64,000 nt of DNA from Anaerolineales bacterium. GTDB lineage: Bacteria > Chloroflexota > Anaerolineae > Anaerolineales > UBA4823. The notes under the pieces were generated by a model. The model worked only from the letters and a program-made list of their open reading frames with translations, had not been told where the DNA came from and ran no database searches. The DNA lies in NCBI GenBank assembly GCA_016929095.1, contig JAFGJM010000002.1:128137-192136 (forward strand). The letters run 5' to 3'. Below, one piece after another: positions 34,472 through 44,173 of this stretch. Position numbers and translations under genes: made by a program. Within the stretch, counting starts at the first letter, position 1; each line of letters opens with the position of its first letter.

Positions 34472-36187
34472 TTATCTAACCAGAGCTTCGAATTCTGGTC
34501 TAAACTTCGTTATCATTGCTTGAATCGGCACCGTAAAAGCTTCTCCGGTAGGACAAATGGTTAGCCCTTTAATATTTCCACATAGTCGAAGGATAAGATC
34601 GATATCGTCCTTTTTCCCTTTTCCTTCGATCAATCCCTTGAGTTTCTTTACGATTACCTGTGTACCTTCGCGACATGGCATACATTGACCACACGACTCA
34701 TGGGCGTAGAATTCAATTGTTCTCAATGTCAATTCCGGAATTGGAACTGTGTCATTAATCACGATGATGCCCCCTGAACCGAGTGCTGTACCTGCTTTTT
34801 GGCACGATGCAAAATCCAATGAAAGGTCTTCCGCTTCTTCTGCAGTAAGAATGGGAACAGAAAGCCCGCCGACAATAACAGCCTTAAGCTTTCTCTTCAC
34901 CCCGCCAGCTGTTTCCAGAATGGTTTTAAGTTTTGTGCCCATCGGATATTCAAAAACACCAGGGTTATTCACATGACCGGAAACCCCATAGATTTTCGGT
35001 CCAAAATCGTTGGGACCACCAATATTTTTAAAAGCCTCAGCCCCGTTTTTGATAATATACGGCACACTGGCTAATGTTTCAACGTTATTTACTACGGTTG
35101 GGCACCCGTATAATCCAAAACTTGCTGGAAATGGAGGTTTTGCCCTTGGGTTTCCTCGTCTCCCCTCTAAAGACTCAATTTGAGCAGTTTCATCACCACA
35201 AACATAAGAGCCAAATCCACGGTGAACAGTTATTTCCACATGTTCTAATTGGTTATCTTTTTTAGCTTCTTCAACGGCTGTTTCCAGTATTTCTGCAATC
35301 CAAGAAAATTCACCACGGATGTAAATAAATGCCTTCTGTGCACCCACTGCAAACGAGCTGATGGCAATACCTTCAATGACCAAATGAGGATTGAACTCCA
35401 TGATTTGCCGGTCTTTGAATGTGCCTGGTTCTCCTTCATCTGCGTTACAAATCAAATATACCGGTCGCGGATCGTTTTTGGGTAAGAACGACCATTTTAC
35501 GCCTGCCGGGAATGCTGCACCTCCACGACCCTTTATCTGAGATTCTTTTACCTCATTGACGATATCCTCAGGTTTCATCGCCAGAGCTTTCTTCAAAGCC
35601 TGATATCCGCCGTTCTTTTTGTAAAACTCCAACGTCCGGCATTCTTTTTGAGTTCTATCATTTAATAATATACCGCACTCAGAAACCACGGTCATCGAAG
35701 GATCATTTTCGGGTTCTTTCCCCTCAAGTAAATCTTTGATTAGTTGGTCTGTTTTTTCGATGGTCATATTTTCGTAATATTTATCATTGACCTGAATAAC
35801 GGGTCCGGTGGCGCAAGAAGCCAGGTCCTGTACAGTGGATAATGTGAACATCCCGTCTTGCGTTGTTTCACCAACCTCAATATTGAGCTTTTTCCTCAAA
35901 TATTCCACAATTTCATCCGCACCGTGTAGAAAGCCGGGAACACATGTATCCACCTGCAGATGATATTTCCCAATTGGTTTTGTGTTGAACATGGTGTAAT
36001 AAGTAGCAATCCCAAAAATTTTACTCATACTCATGTTCATGGCATTGGCAACTTCTTTCATTTCCGAAACACCTAAATAATTCTGGTTTTCATCTTGAAA
36101 AAGCTGCATAATTGGCATTACTGCCGATTCCATTTTTGGGTATTTCTCGATAATATTTTTCAATCTCTCTTGATTTTCTTTTTTCAT
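34472..36187 (-). CDS. Fused NuoE-like/NuoF-like NAD(P)H flavoprotein subunit of the FDH complex
   Basis: GRGGAAFPAGVKW, CNADEGEPGTF, ESCGQCMPCREG. Only 2 of 4 NuoE-type Cys ligands are retained in the N-terminal domain. Start trimmed to ATG 36187. Confidence 0.8.
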   Translation of the reverse strand: MKKENQERLKNIIEKYPKMESAVMPIMQLFQDENQNYLGVSEMKEVANAMNMSMSKIFGIATYYTMFNTKPIGKYHLQVDTCVPGFLHGADEIVEYLRKKLNIEVGETTQDGMFTLSTVQDLASCATGPVIQVNDKYYENMTIEKTDQLIKDLLEGKEPENDPSMTVVSECGILLNDRTQKECRTLEFYKKNGGYQALKKALAMKPEDIVNEVKESQIKGRGGAAFPAGVKWSFLPKNDPRPVYLICNADEGEPGTFKDRQIMEFNPHLVIEGIAISSFAVGAQKAFIYIRGEFSWIAEILETAVEEAKKDNQLEHVEITVHRGFGSYVCGDETAQIESLEGRRGNPRAKPPFPASFGLYGCPTVVNNVETLASVPYIIKNGAEAFKNIGGPNDFGPKIYGVSGHVNNPGVFEYPMGTKLKTILETAGGVKRKLKAVIVGGLSVPILTAEEAEDLSLDFASCQKAGTALGSGGIIVINDTVPIPELTLRTIEFYAHESCGQCMPCREGTQVIVKKLKGLIEGKGKKDDIDLILRLCGNIKGLTICPTGEAFTVPIQAMITKFRPEFEALVR

Positions 36188-36319
36188 TTTTGCACCTTGA
36201 ATATAAATCCAGATTTTTTGGTTTGAAGAATACAAAGTCCAGATTCCTGACTGCTGGTTGATTACAAAATTTTAATCTTCGCAATTATACTAAAGAATAA
36301 AAATATACCGAATTTATCA

Positions 36320-37204
36320 CTATTCATTTCCCAAAACCAATGATTTTTCCTCTATTAAAAGGATTTTTTTATTTAGTGGCTCAGAAAAGACTGTATATAT
36401 TGGTTTGGTTGTTGCCAGAATTCTTTCTGAGTGCGAATAAATATTCAATTCTTTTCCTCGTGCAAAACCAACAACGGTTATTCCAAGTTGATTTGCCATA
36501 TCAATAGCTAACCCGGTGATTGCCGATCGGGAAATAACAAGCGGGATACCTATTCGCACCACCTTGATCATAATTTCGGAGGAAATCCGGCTGCTTATCA
36601 CTATTGCTTTATCCGAGGTGTCAAGATTATTAAGAAATGAATATCCAAGTATACGGTTAAGCGCATTATGACGACCTATGTCCTCACAATAAAGAATAAA
36701 TCCATCATTATTCGCTAAAGCAGCTTCATGCACTCCACCGGTTAATTTGAATGTATTCGATGATTTATCCAATAATGCGGATAATTTTATAATCTCATTT
36801 ATTGAATATTTTTTTGATGGGATATTTCGGGGGTTTTTTATAATTTCATCCGCCGACGCTTTAGCAAAAAAAGCTTTTTTAAAACGACTGGCAAAATTTC
36901 GCCTTTGAAACCCATCTGCTCGTTTTGATCCATCTGTAGTATCAATCCATATGGCATTCTTTTCCGGTGAATAGGAAATCTTTTTTAACTCATCGAGCTT
37001 TTGTAATACCCCTTCACTCACTAAAAATCCGATTGCTAATAACTCAATAGAATTCGGAGAGCAAAATATCGTCGCCAATTCATTTTTATTTAAATAAATT
37101 GATAATGGAATTTCTTTGACAACATGATGCTTAAAAATCTTTGTCTCCCCATCCTTATATGTCGTAATAAACCGTTCCTCGTAAATATTTATATCTTCAA
37201 CCAT
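36320..37204 (-). CDS. fdhD: FdhD-family formate dehydrogenase accessory protein homolog (no Cys-x-x-Cys loop)
   Basis: LTGGVHEAAL...CEDIGRHNALNRILG...ISSRISSEIMIKVVRIGIPLVISRSA. Confidence 0.7.
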   Translation of the reverse strand: MVEDINIYEERFITTYKDGETKIFKHHVVKEIPLSIYLNKNELATIFCSPNSIELLAIGFLVSEGVLQKLDELKKISYSPEKNAIWIDTTDGSKRADGFQRRNFASRFKKAFFAKASADEIIKNPRNIPSKKYSINEIIKLSALLDKSSNTFKLTGGVHEAALANNDGFILYCEDIGRHNALNRILGYSFLNNLDTSDKAIVISSRISSEIMIKVVRIGIPLVISRSAITGLAIDMANQLGITVVGFARGKELNIYSHSERILATTKPIYTVFSEPLNKKILLIEEKSLVLGNE

Positions 37205-37348
37205 AAGCCTATGCGCATACCATCAGCTTTACCGTATAAATGAACAGGTCACTTCAGTTTCTGATAAGTATCCTTTTATAAATTAGACAGGCTGGTGAAT
37301 AAACACCAGCCTGAAATTAATCGGCAATTTACTATCCAAAAATCAATG

Positions 37349-38248
37349 TTAGGCTTTTTTACGGAGATACAAAAACCAATACACCACACCGACCATGAAT
37401 GCACCACCAATGATATTTCCGATGGTGACGGGCAGTAAGTTTGCCAGGAAGAAATTCCCCCAGGTCAGGTTCGGGAAATTCTCGGCTGTTTTACCAATAG
37501 CCTCAAAGAACTTTGGATCCCCTCCATATTTAATAAAAAGTGCAACTGGAATAAAGTACATATTAGCTACGCTGTGCTCGAAGCCGGCTGCAACAAAACA
37601 CGCAATAGGAGGAATGATCGCCAATATCTTATCCGTGGTAGTCCGGGCGCTATAGCACAGCCAAACTGCCATACAAACCAATGCATTACACATAATACCC
37701 AACGCAATAGCCTGAATAAATCCAAGAGCTGTTTTAGATTCCCCTATGCCGAGGGCGGTTGCGCCAACCACACCGCCGCCAAAGGAATATTGCTTTGAAA
37801 GGAAGACAATGTATGCGGTTGCGACAGAACCGACAAAGTTGCCTAAATAGACTACCCCCCAATTCCTTAATAATGAGCCAAGGGAAATTTTCTTACTGGC
37901 AAAAGCCATAATGATAAGATTATTGCCGGTGAAAAGCTCTGAGCCGCCAACGACAACCAGGATCAGGCCTACAGTAAAGACTAACCCGGTTAGTAAACGC
38001 ACAACACCGTAAGGCAAGCCTGTCGAAAAAGCGGCAGCGCCTGCAGCATCCTTAACCGACATGCTTCCGGCGCTGACAGTGGTCGCAAAAATCGCTCCCA
38101 ACGCAATGAAAGCGCCTGCCAGAACAGCCAAAAGAAACATATTGGTGAACGGGAGTGCGGCTTTCTTCACTCCTAAATCTTCTGCTTTCGTTGCCATTCC
38201 GGGTGGTAATACTGCATCTATATTTATTTGAATATCACTATTACTCAT
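37349..38248 (-). CDS. focA: Formate/nitrite transporter family channel
   Basis: Six-TM FNT pattern: ELFTGNN, GNFVGS, GFEHSVANM. Confidence 0.8.
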   Translation of the reverse strand: MSNSDIQINIDAVLPPGMATKAEDLGVKKAALPFTNMFLLAVLAGAFIALGAIFATTVSAGSMSVKDAAGAAAFSTGLPYGVVRLLTGLVFTVGLILVVVGGSELFTGNNLIIMAFASKKISLGSLLRNWGVVYLGNFVGSVATAYIVFLSKQYSFGGGVVGATALGIGESKTALGFIQAIALGIMCNALVCMAVWLCYSARTTTDKILAIIPPIACFVAAGFEHSVANMYFIPVALFIKYGGDPKFFEAIGKTAENFPNLTWGNFFLANLLPVTIGNIIGGAFMVGVVYWFLYLRKKA

Positions 38249-38429
38249 TTTCGATTTCTCCTCTTCTTGGAGTATAAAATTTATAAAAACTACCCCAGAG
38301 TTTTTCTTAGCGTTACCCTTGGATCAGGTCATGGGGCAGTTTATATAGCTTTACATGAATGCACTCAAATATTTGAAAGAATCATCATTAATATCTTTCG
38401 ATGTATATAAATATAACGGAAATCATTTC

Positions 38430-40331
38430 CTATTCTTTTAATACAGGCAATATAACAGTAAATTGGCTGCCTTTACCGAGCTTGCTCTTCACACTTATCC
38501 TGCCGCCTATGTGAGTAACAATATCTTTAACAATCGCCAAGCCTAATCCGGTACCTTCCCGCTCGATTTCCTTGGCGTTAGGAGCGCGGTAAAATTCCTG
38601 AAACAATTGGCTTTGTGCCTCCATTGATATACCAATTCCTGTATCTTCGATGATCGTATACGCTTCATCACCAATTCGTTCAAGCGACACAATTACTTTC
38701 CCTTTTGGCAGGGTATATTTTATCGCATTGGAAACCAGGTTATTAAAAATTCGATCTAATCCTTCTTTTGTGGCTTTGGTCGAAATTAAAACACCAGGTG
38801 ATTGATTATACCATTCAAAAGTTATTTCTTTTTCTTTAGCGATAACTTCAAATCGTTCCATTACTTGCACAATGACATCTTCCAAATTGATGGCTTCTGC
38901 CTCCCCATGCGATTTTAACTCAACTTTTCCGGCAGCCAGGTCTAGCAAATCGTCAATCAAACCTTGTAAAGCATCCACTCGTTTTTGTGCCCGATTAAGA
39001 ATATCACTTTGTTGATCATTCAACCCACCCGCATATCCTGCAGTAATAGTACGCAATAAACTTCGCATGACACTTACCGGCGACCGCAGTTCATGGGTGA
39101 CCATACGCACAAACTGGCTTTTGGTCGCATCCAGAGTTTCTATCGCTTGATATGCCAATGCATTTTCAATGGCAATACTGCCTTGTGCAGCTATGGCTGA
39201 TAAAAACGTCCCGTCGTCATCAGAGAAACGATCGGTCTCGCGGCTGTACGCGCGCAAGATGCCCATTGGACCATTCTTCCCTATCAAAGGGGCTGAAAGC
39301 ATCGAACTAATCCCTTCCTCGGCAGCCTCGGAAGGGTATTGTAATAAATTGGTTTGGGTAGTATCCGGAATATTGACTACCTTTCCGGATAAGACTTCTC
39401 GAGCCAATGGGTTTTTTTCTAACTCTAAAGGGCCTTTATTCAAATAAACCTGGCTCAATCCATACGCTGCCATTTCTTCCAGTATTTGACCGGTAGCATC
39501 CACCATTCGGATAGAACAAGCATCCACTTGTATCGCTTCGGCAGTATTTTTAACCAGGCGGTTCAACACTTGAGTTAAGTCTAAAGTAGAAGAGATAGTA
39601 CGTGCGCCGTCATTTAACGCTTGCAAACGGTCGGTGGCGCGCTGCAAACTCTCAGTTAATTCCATCACTTCTTCTTCCCGCTGCCGTAATCTCTGGTTTA
39701 TGGAGGTCGCTAAAAATGCCGAGATCAAACCCGTTGCCCCGAAAAAGAAGAGCGTCGCAAGAACATACCATATGTTTTTATATAGTGGTTCTTGAATAAA
39801 TCCTACAATCGGTCGATGAGGCAATATTCCCCAAAATTCCAACCACACCGTTCCCCAAACCAACAGAATAGCCGCGATTGTAAACCCATATGCTGTGCGT
39901 GGTTTAAAAAAGATCGACGCAATGATGATATGGAAAATAAAAAATAGGATTGCCGGGCTTTCAATTCCCCCCGAGTAATGAAACAATAGGACCATAGCCA
40001 ACCAATCCAACCCCACCTGCCATTGTGCTAAACCAATATACCCTTTAACCGAAATAGATGTTTGTTTAAATCGCTGTTCGGTGAAATAAAAAATGATGTT
40101 ATACAATAAAATTACAGCGCCGATAAGATAAAGCGGGAATGGGGAAATTCGGAATTTAAAAATTGCGTTGACCGACCAGGTGACAATTAACACCCCTATC
40201 CCAGCCAGCCAACGCAATCCAATTAGCCATGCTACGCTCGCCTCAAGTTCCGCTTCAACCAGCGATCTGCCACCCTTTTGGGATGAATGGAAATTTGTCG
40301 ATGGATACCATCGAGGTGGCTGTCCGCTCAT
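38430..40331 (-). CDS. Membrane sensor histidine kinase (multi-TM + GAF + HisKA/HATPase)
   Basis: H-box VTHELRSPV, N-box NLVSNAIKYT, G-boxes DTGIGI / GTGLGLAIV. Confidence 0.85.
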   Translation of the reverse strand: MSGQPPRWYPSTNFHSSQKGGRSLVEAELEASVAWLIGLRWLAGIGVLIVTWSVNAIFKFRISPFPLYLIGAVILLYNIIFYFTEQRFKQTSISVKGYIGLAQWQVGLDWLAMVLLFHYSGGIESPAILFFIFHIIIASIFFKPRTAYGFTIAAILLVWGTVWLEFWGILPHRPIVGFIQEPLYKNIWYVLATLFFFGATGLISAFLATSINQRLRQREEEVMELTESLQRATDRLQALNDGARTISSTLDLTQVLNRLVKNTAEAIQVDACSIRMVDATGQILEEMAAYGLSQVYLNKGPLELEKNPLAREVLSGKVVNIPDTTQTNLLQYPSEAAEEGISSMLSAPLIGKNGPMGILRAYSRETDRFSDDDGTFLSAIAAQGSIAIENALAYQAIETLDATKSQFVRMVTHELRSPVSVMRSLLRTITAGYAGGLNDQQSDILNRAQKRVDALQGLIDDLLDLAAGKVELKSHGEAEAINLEDVIVQVMERFEVIAKEKEITFEWYNQSPGVLISTKATKEGLDRIFNNLVSNAIKYTLPKGKVIVSLERIGDEAYTIIEDTGIGISMEAQSQLFQEFYRAPNAKEIEREGTGLGLAIVKDIVTHIGGRISVKSKLGKGSQFTVILPVLKE

Positions 40332-40340
40332 ATATTTCCT

Positions 40341-40742
40341 TTACTCGCCAAGCAGCTCTTTTACGGAGGCTATTAATACTTCCGGTTCTACCGGTTTCTC
40401 CAAGAATTTTTGCACTGGCAAATAATCTTGATCCGGAGAAAACCGCAATGGTGTGGTGCCATGAATAGCTGTGAGCATAAGAATGGGAATTTCTTTATAC
40501 TCTTTTAATTCCGATTTCGGATCTTCGCTGTGGAGATCTAGCGCAAATTGAAAACCTGCTGTGGCGCTATCCATCATCACATCCAAGATGATTAAATCGG
40601 GTTTGCTATTTTTTATGGCGGTCAATCCTTCTTTTGGATTGGCTGCTTCAGAAATGGCATATCCTGTGGCTTCCAGCGGTAAACGAAGCGACAAACGAAC
40701 ATCCGGATCATCGTCCACAAGGAGGATTAATTTTTTATCCAT
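40341..40742 (-). CDS. Stand-alone receiver-domain response regulator
   Basis: ILLVDDDPD, DLIILDVMMD, LMLTA. Its ATG overlaps the protease stop (TAATG). Confidence 0.8.
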   Translation of the reverse strand: MDKKLILLVDDDPDVRLSLRLPLEATGYAISEAANPKEGLTAIKNSKPDLIILDVMMDSATAGFQFALDLHSEDPKSELKEYKEIPILMLTAIHGTTPLRFSPDQDYLPVQKFLEKPVEPEVLIASVKELLGE

Positions 40743-41227
40743 TATTTTATTTTCCCAAGGTCATCCAATATTATATTGATCAGGTTGAGCAAAGTCTCAG
40801 TGACTTCCAGACTGAGTCCTTCTCCAATTTCTGTACTGACAGGTTCAACACCGTATAGCGATAATTTTTCCGGCCAGATATCTAAAGCCTCTGCAAGGGC
40901 TAATCCGGCGGCTAAACCCGGTTGATGAAGAGAGAGAATTTCGTCTTCGGTGATCATTTTTACTTCATGTGGTGAAAACTTACGCCATTCGCCTGGATTC
41001 TTTCCCATTCGAACAGCATCGATTAACACGACTGAAGACCAACCATCCAACCAATTAGGTAATCCCCAGCCTGGCGTATTGATTGTTTCAACACTTACAC
41101 CGGATGGTAATTCTCGCTCCTTCAACATTTGTGCTGCCATAATGCCCAAGCCATCATCACGGCATAGAATATTGCCTACCCCAAGGATGAGTGTTTTGCC
41201 ATCCCTGTCTGGGTTAAGTGACAACAT
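40742..41227 (-). CDS. NiFe-hydrogenase maturation endopeptidase
   Basis: LILGVGNILCRDDGLG ... family pattern, immediately downstream of the large subunit. Confidence 0.75.
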   Translation of the reverse strand: MLSLNPDRDGKTLILGVGNILCRDDGLGIMAAQMLKERELPSGVSVETINTPGWGLPNWLDGWSSVVLIDAVRMGKNPGEWRKFSPHEVKMITEDEILSLHQPGLAAGLALAEALDIWPEKLSLYGVEPVSTEIGEGLSLEVTETLLNLINIILDDLGKIK

Positions 41228-41233
41228 CTTATC

Positions 41234-42520
41234 CTACCTGTCCTCTATCTTTAGAACATGCACCGAACAAGAAATGCATGGGTCGTATGCCCGTACCAGC
41301 ATCTCTAGATCATTCCGAATTGCATCCGCCGGTTTATCGATGATTTGGGGTACCAGTGACTCAAAATCCGCTTGAATATTGCCCACATTCTGATTAGTAG
41401 GGATGATGCAATTCGCGCCAGTCATGTTTCCATCCGCGCCAATTTCATAATGGTGAATAAGCATGCCTCGCGGAACTTCTGCTGCGCCTACACCACTTGT
41501 ATTTTTCAACTGCACGGCTGCGGGAGCTTCGGGTTTGATTCCAACATTGATCAGTTTATCGATCACTAAAATCGCATCTTCAATACAATGCGCAATCTCC
41601 ACTACCTGAGCCCCAGAATTTAGGTAAGGGTTGGTCACTTTGGGTTTCATCCCCAATTGGGCTGCGGCAGCTTTTGCACGAGGATGAAGTTGTTCATAGT
41701 TATTATTGAAGCGCGCCAGCGCCCCTACCATCAGCGATTGCCGTTTATTTCGAGTCAATTTTGCGGTCGAATGAGGCACCATGTATTCATTCGTTACCTG
41801 TTTATATGATTCAACCGGCACCTTAACCCCATCACTGGTCATAATTTCGCCGTCAATGAAAGCGTATTCATCTGGCTTTGTCAGGGATACATATTCGGTA
41901 TCTCTTTCAAACTCAGGCCAGGGTAAAGATGAAAACAATTCCACGGTCGCGTCCACATCTGCGCGGCTGGCTACCAATCTTTCCCGGAGTTCCTTTAATT
42001 CACTGATTTTCGGGAGGTGAGTGAACCCGCCCACCGTCATAGCAATAGGATGAGTATGCCGTCCGGTAACCACAGCGCACATATCACCCGCCAGTTTTTT
42101 CATACGCAGGGCTCTCAGCACAACTTCACGGTGGGTTTTTGCCAGCGGGATAACGCTCCCAACACCAAGGAAATCTGGAGCGACCAACATATATACGTGC
42201 AATATATGGCTGTCCAATATCTCGCCATGGAAAGTTAACTTTCTCAAAAGTTGTGTTTGCTCACTCAATTGCACCCCCAGGGCCTTCTCAGAAGCCCGTA
42301 ATGAGGCGGTGGCATGCCCTGTAGCACAAATTCCACAAATACGGCTGGTAATATGAGAAGCCTCCAGATAAGGCCGGCCGCGTAACATGGCTTCAAAGAA
42401 ACGAGGCGATTCAACGATTTCAAAACGGCATTCCTTGATTTTTCCATCGGCGATCTCTACGATGATGTCGCCGTGCCCTTCAACTCGCGTCACATGATGA
42501 ACTTCTATTCGTTTACTCAT
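41234..42520 (-). CDS. [NiFe] hydrogenase large subunit (group 3b-type locus)
   Basis: RVEGHG, RICGICATGH, and C-terminal DPCISCSVH followed by a cleavable tail. Confidence 0.85.
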   Translation of the reverse strand: MSKRIEVHHVTRVEGHGDIIVEIADGKIKECRFEIVESPRFFEAMLRGRPYLEASHITSRICGICATGHATASLRASEKALGVQLSEQTQLLRKLTFHGEILDSHILHVYMLVAPDFLGVGSVIPLAKTHREVVLRALRMKKLAGDMCAVVTGRHTHPIAMTVGGFTHLPKISELKELRERLVASRADVDATVELFSSLPWPEFERDTEYVSLTKPDEYAFIDGEIMTSDGVKVPVESYKQVTNEYMVPHSTAKLTRNKRQSLMVGALARFNNNYEQLHPRAKAAAAQLGMKPKVTNPYLNSGAQVVEIAHCIEDAILVIDKLINVGIKPEAPAAVQLKNTSGVGAAEVPRGMLIHHYEIGADGNMTGANCIIPTNQNVGNIQADFESLVPQIIDKPADAIRNDLEMLVRAYDPCISCSVHVLKIEDR

Positions 42521-42533
42521 GACTCCTCCACCT

Positions 42534-43307
42534 TTAAACCGTTTCTTTTCCTTGCTTCATCTTCTGTTGAACTTGATATGTGGTGAACATTGTGTATATC
42601 GAAGTGATTTCATCCACACTTAATCCTGCTTCAGCAAGAACCTCACGCATTGAATCATCATTCGGATTTGTGATATATCCCCTACAGCCTTCACAAGAAG
42701 CGCCATAGGTGGGACAAATAGCGTTGCAGCCCGCCCTTGTAATTGGTCCAAGGCACACTTTCCCTTTTTTAAAAAGGCAAACGTTCTCTTTTAATTTACA
42801 CTCCACACAAACAGGATAATCTGGAATAGGAAGTTTTTTACCCATCAATAGAGCTTTTACACAGGCAATAAATTCATCCCGGTCGATAGGGCATCCCGGT
42901 ATCTCTCCATCGACTTTAATAACCGCATCAATAGGACGCGCGTCATAGGTTTCATACCAGTCTGCTTTATCGCCATATACATATTTCCTTACATCCTCCA
43001 AGGGATGCAGCGCTTTTAGGGAATTTATCCCCCCCAGATGGGCGCAAGCTCCCAGCGCAATAACAATTGAAGCCTGTTCACGGATTTTTCTCAGTCTCTC
43101 TTCATCACTTTCTCGAGTGCAAGAGCCTTCGATAAATGCCACCAGGTAATCTTCCCCTTTTTCACTCATTGCTTCTCGAAATTGGACGATATCGACGACA
43201 TCAAGTAATTCTGGATGTGTTTGCAAGGAATCGATAACGGTAAGCTGGCATCCTTCACAACAAGTAAAATCAAAAAAAGCGATTTTGGGTTTACCGTTTT
43301 GGCTCAT
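42534..43307 (-). CDS. [NiFe] hydrogenase small (delta) subunit
   Basis: FDFTCCEGCQ, GACAHLGG, and distal Cys clusters CVECK...C. Confidence 0.8.
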   Translation of the reverse strand: MSQNGKPKIAFFDFTCCEGCQLTVIDSLQTHPELLDVVDIVQFREAMSEKGEDYLVAFIEGSCTRESDEERLRKIREQASIVIALGACAHLGGINSLKALHPLEDVRKYVYGDKADWYETYDARPIDAVIKVDGEIPGCPIDRDEFIACVKALLMGKKLPIPDYPVCVECKLKENVCLFKKGKVCLGPITRAGCNAICPTYGASCEGCRGYITNPNDDSMREVLAEAGLSVDEITSIYTMFTTYQVQQKMKQGKETV

Positions 43308-44173
43308 AATGCTTCCTCCAAACCTTTGATTTCAGAATATGGAAATACCGGCCCAGATTGGCAGGAATATACATTATTGATCTGACAATGTCCGCATTTA
43401 CCAATACCACATTTCATGCGGCGTTCCAGTGACAAATATATATTTCCTTCGGTAATACCTTTTGCCAAGAATTCCATTAATACAAATCGATACATCACAG
43501 GAGGACCAACAGTAACAGCTATTGTGTTCCGTGGATAAATGGAAATCTCTTTAAATAAGGTGGTGATCACTCCGACATGCCCCTTCCAGTTTTCTTCACC
43601 CTTGTCTACGGTCAATAGCAGTTCGACATCCTTTCGATCTCCCCATTCCTTAAGTTCATCCTTGAAAAGCAATTCATCCGGGTTGCGGGCGCCATAAAGG
43701 ATAATCACTCGACCAAAATGAGCTCGCTCATCCAATACTTGGTTGATCAAAGATCGCAGTGGTGGCAATCCTAACCCCCCGGGAGCAAATAGGATATCTT
43801 TCCCGCGAAATTTTTCGATTGGGAATCCACGACCAAAAGGACCTCTAATTCCAACAATATCGCCGGCTCTCATATTATGAAAAGCACTGGTTAAATCCCC
43901 AACTTTGCGGACACATAACTCAAATTGGCTGTTACTTCGGCTGGGGGAACTGGTGATACTGATTGGCGCCTCGCCTACACCAAAGATCGAAACTTCCACA
44001 AACTGTCCGGGACGATGATCTAAAGACATACCACCGGGAAGCTCGAGGGTAAATAATTTGTTGAGGTCGTTTAGAGAAACAACCTTTTTAATCCGGGTCG
44101 GAACTGGCATAAAAAGTTGGTTATCCACAGAGCCATAATCTGCCAGAGTAACATAGCTTTTATTGGCAATCAT
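43304..44173 (-). CDS. Hydrogenase gamma subunit (FAD/NAD(P)-binding, C-terminal 2Fe-2S)
   Basis: RPGQFVEVS, GPFG, GGLGLPPL, CGIGKCGHC. Confidence 0.8.
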   Translation of the reverse strand: MIANKSYVTLADYGSVDNQLFMPVPTRIKKVVSLNDLNKLFTLELPGGMSLDHRPGQFVEVSIFGVGEAPISITSSPSRSNSQFELCVRKVGDLTSAFHNMRAGDIVGIRGPFGRGFPIEKFRGKDILFAPGGLGLPPLRSLINQVLDERAHFGRVIILYGARNPDELLFKDELKEWGDRKDVELLLTVDKGEENWKGHVGVITTLFKEISIYPRNTIAVTVGPPVMYRFVLMEFLAKGITEGNIYLSLERRMKCGIGKCGHCQINNVYSCQSGPVFPYSEIKGLEEAL

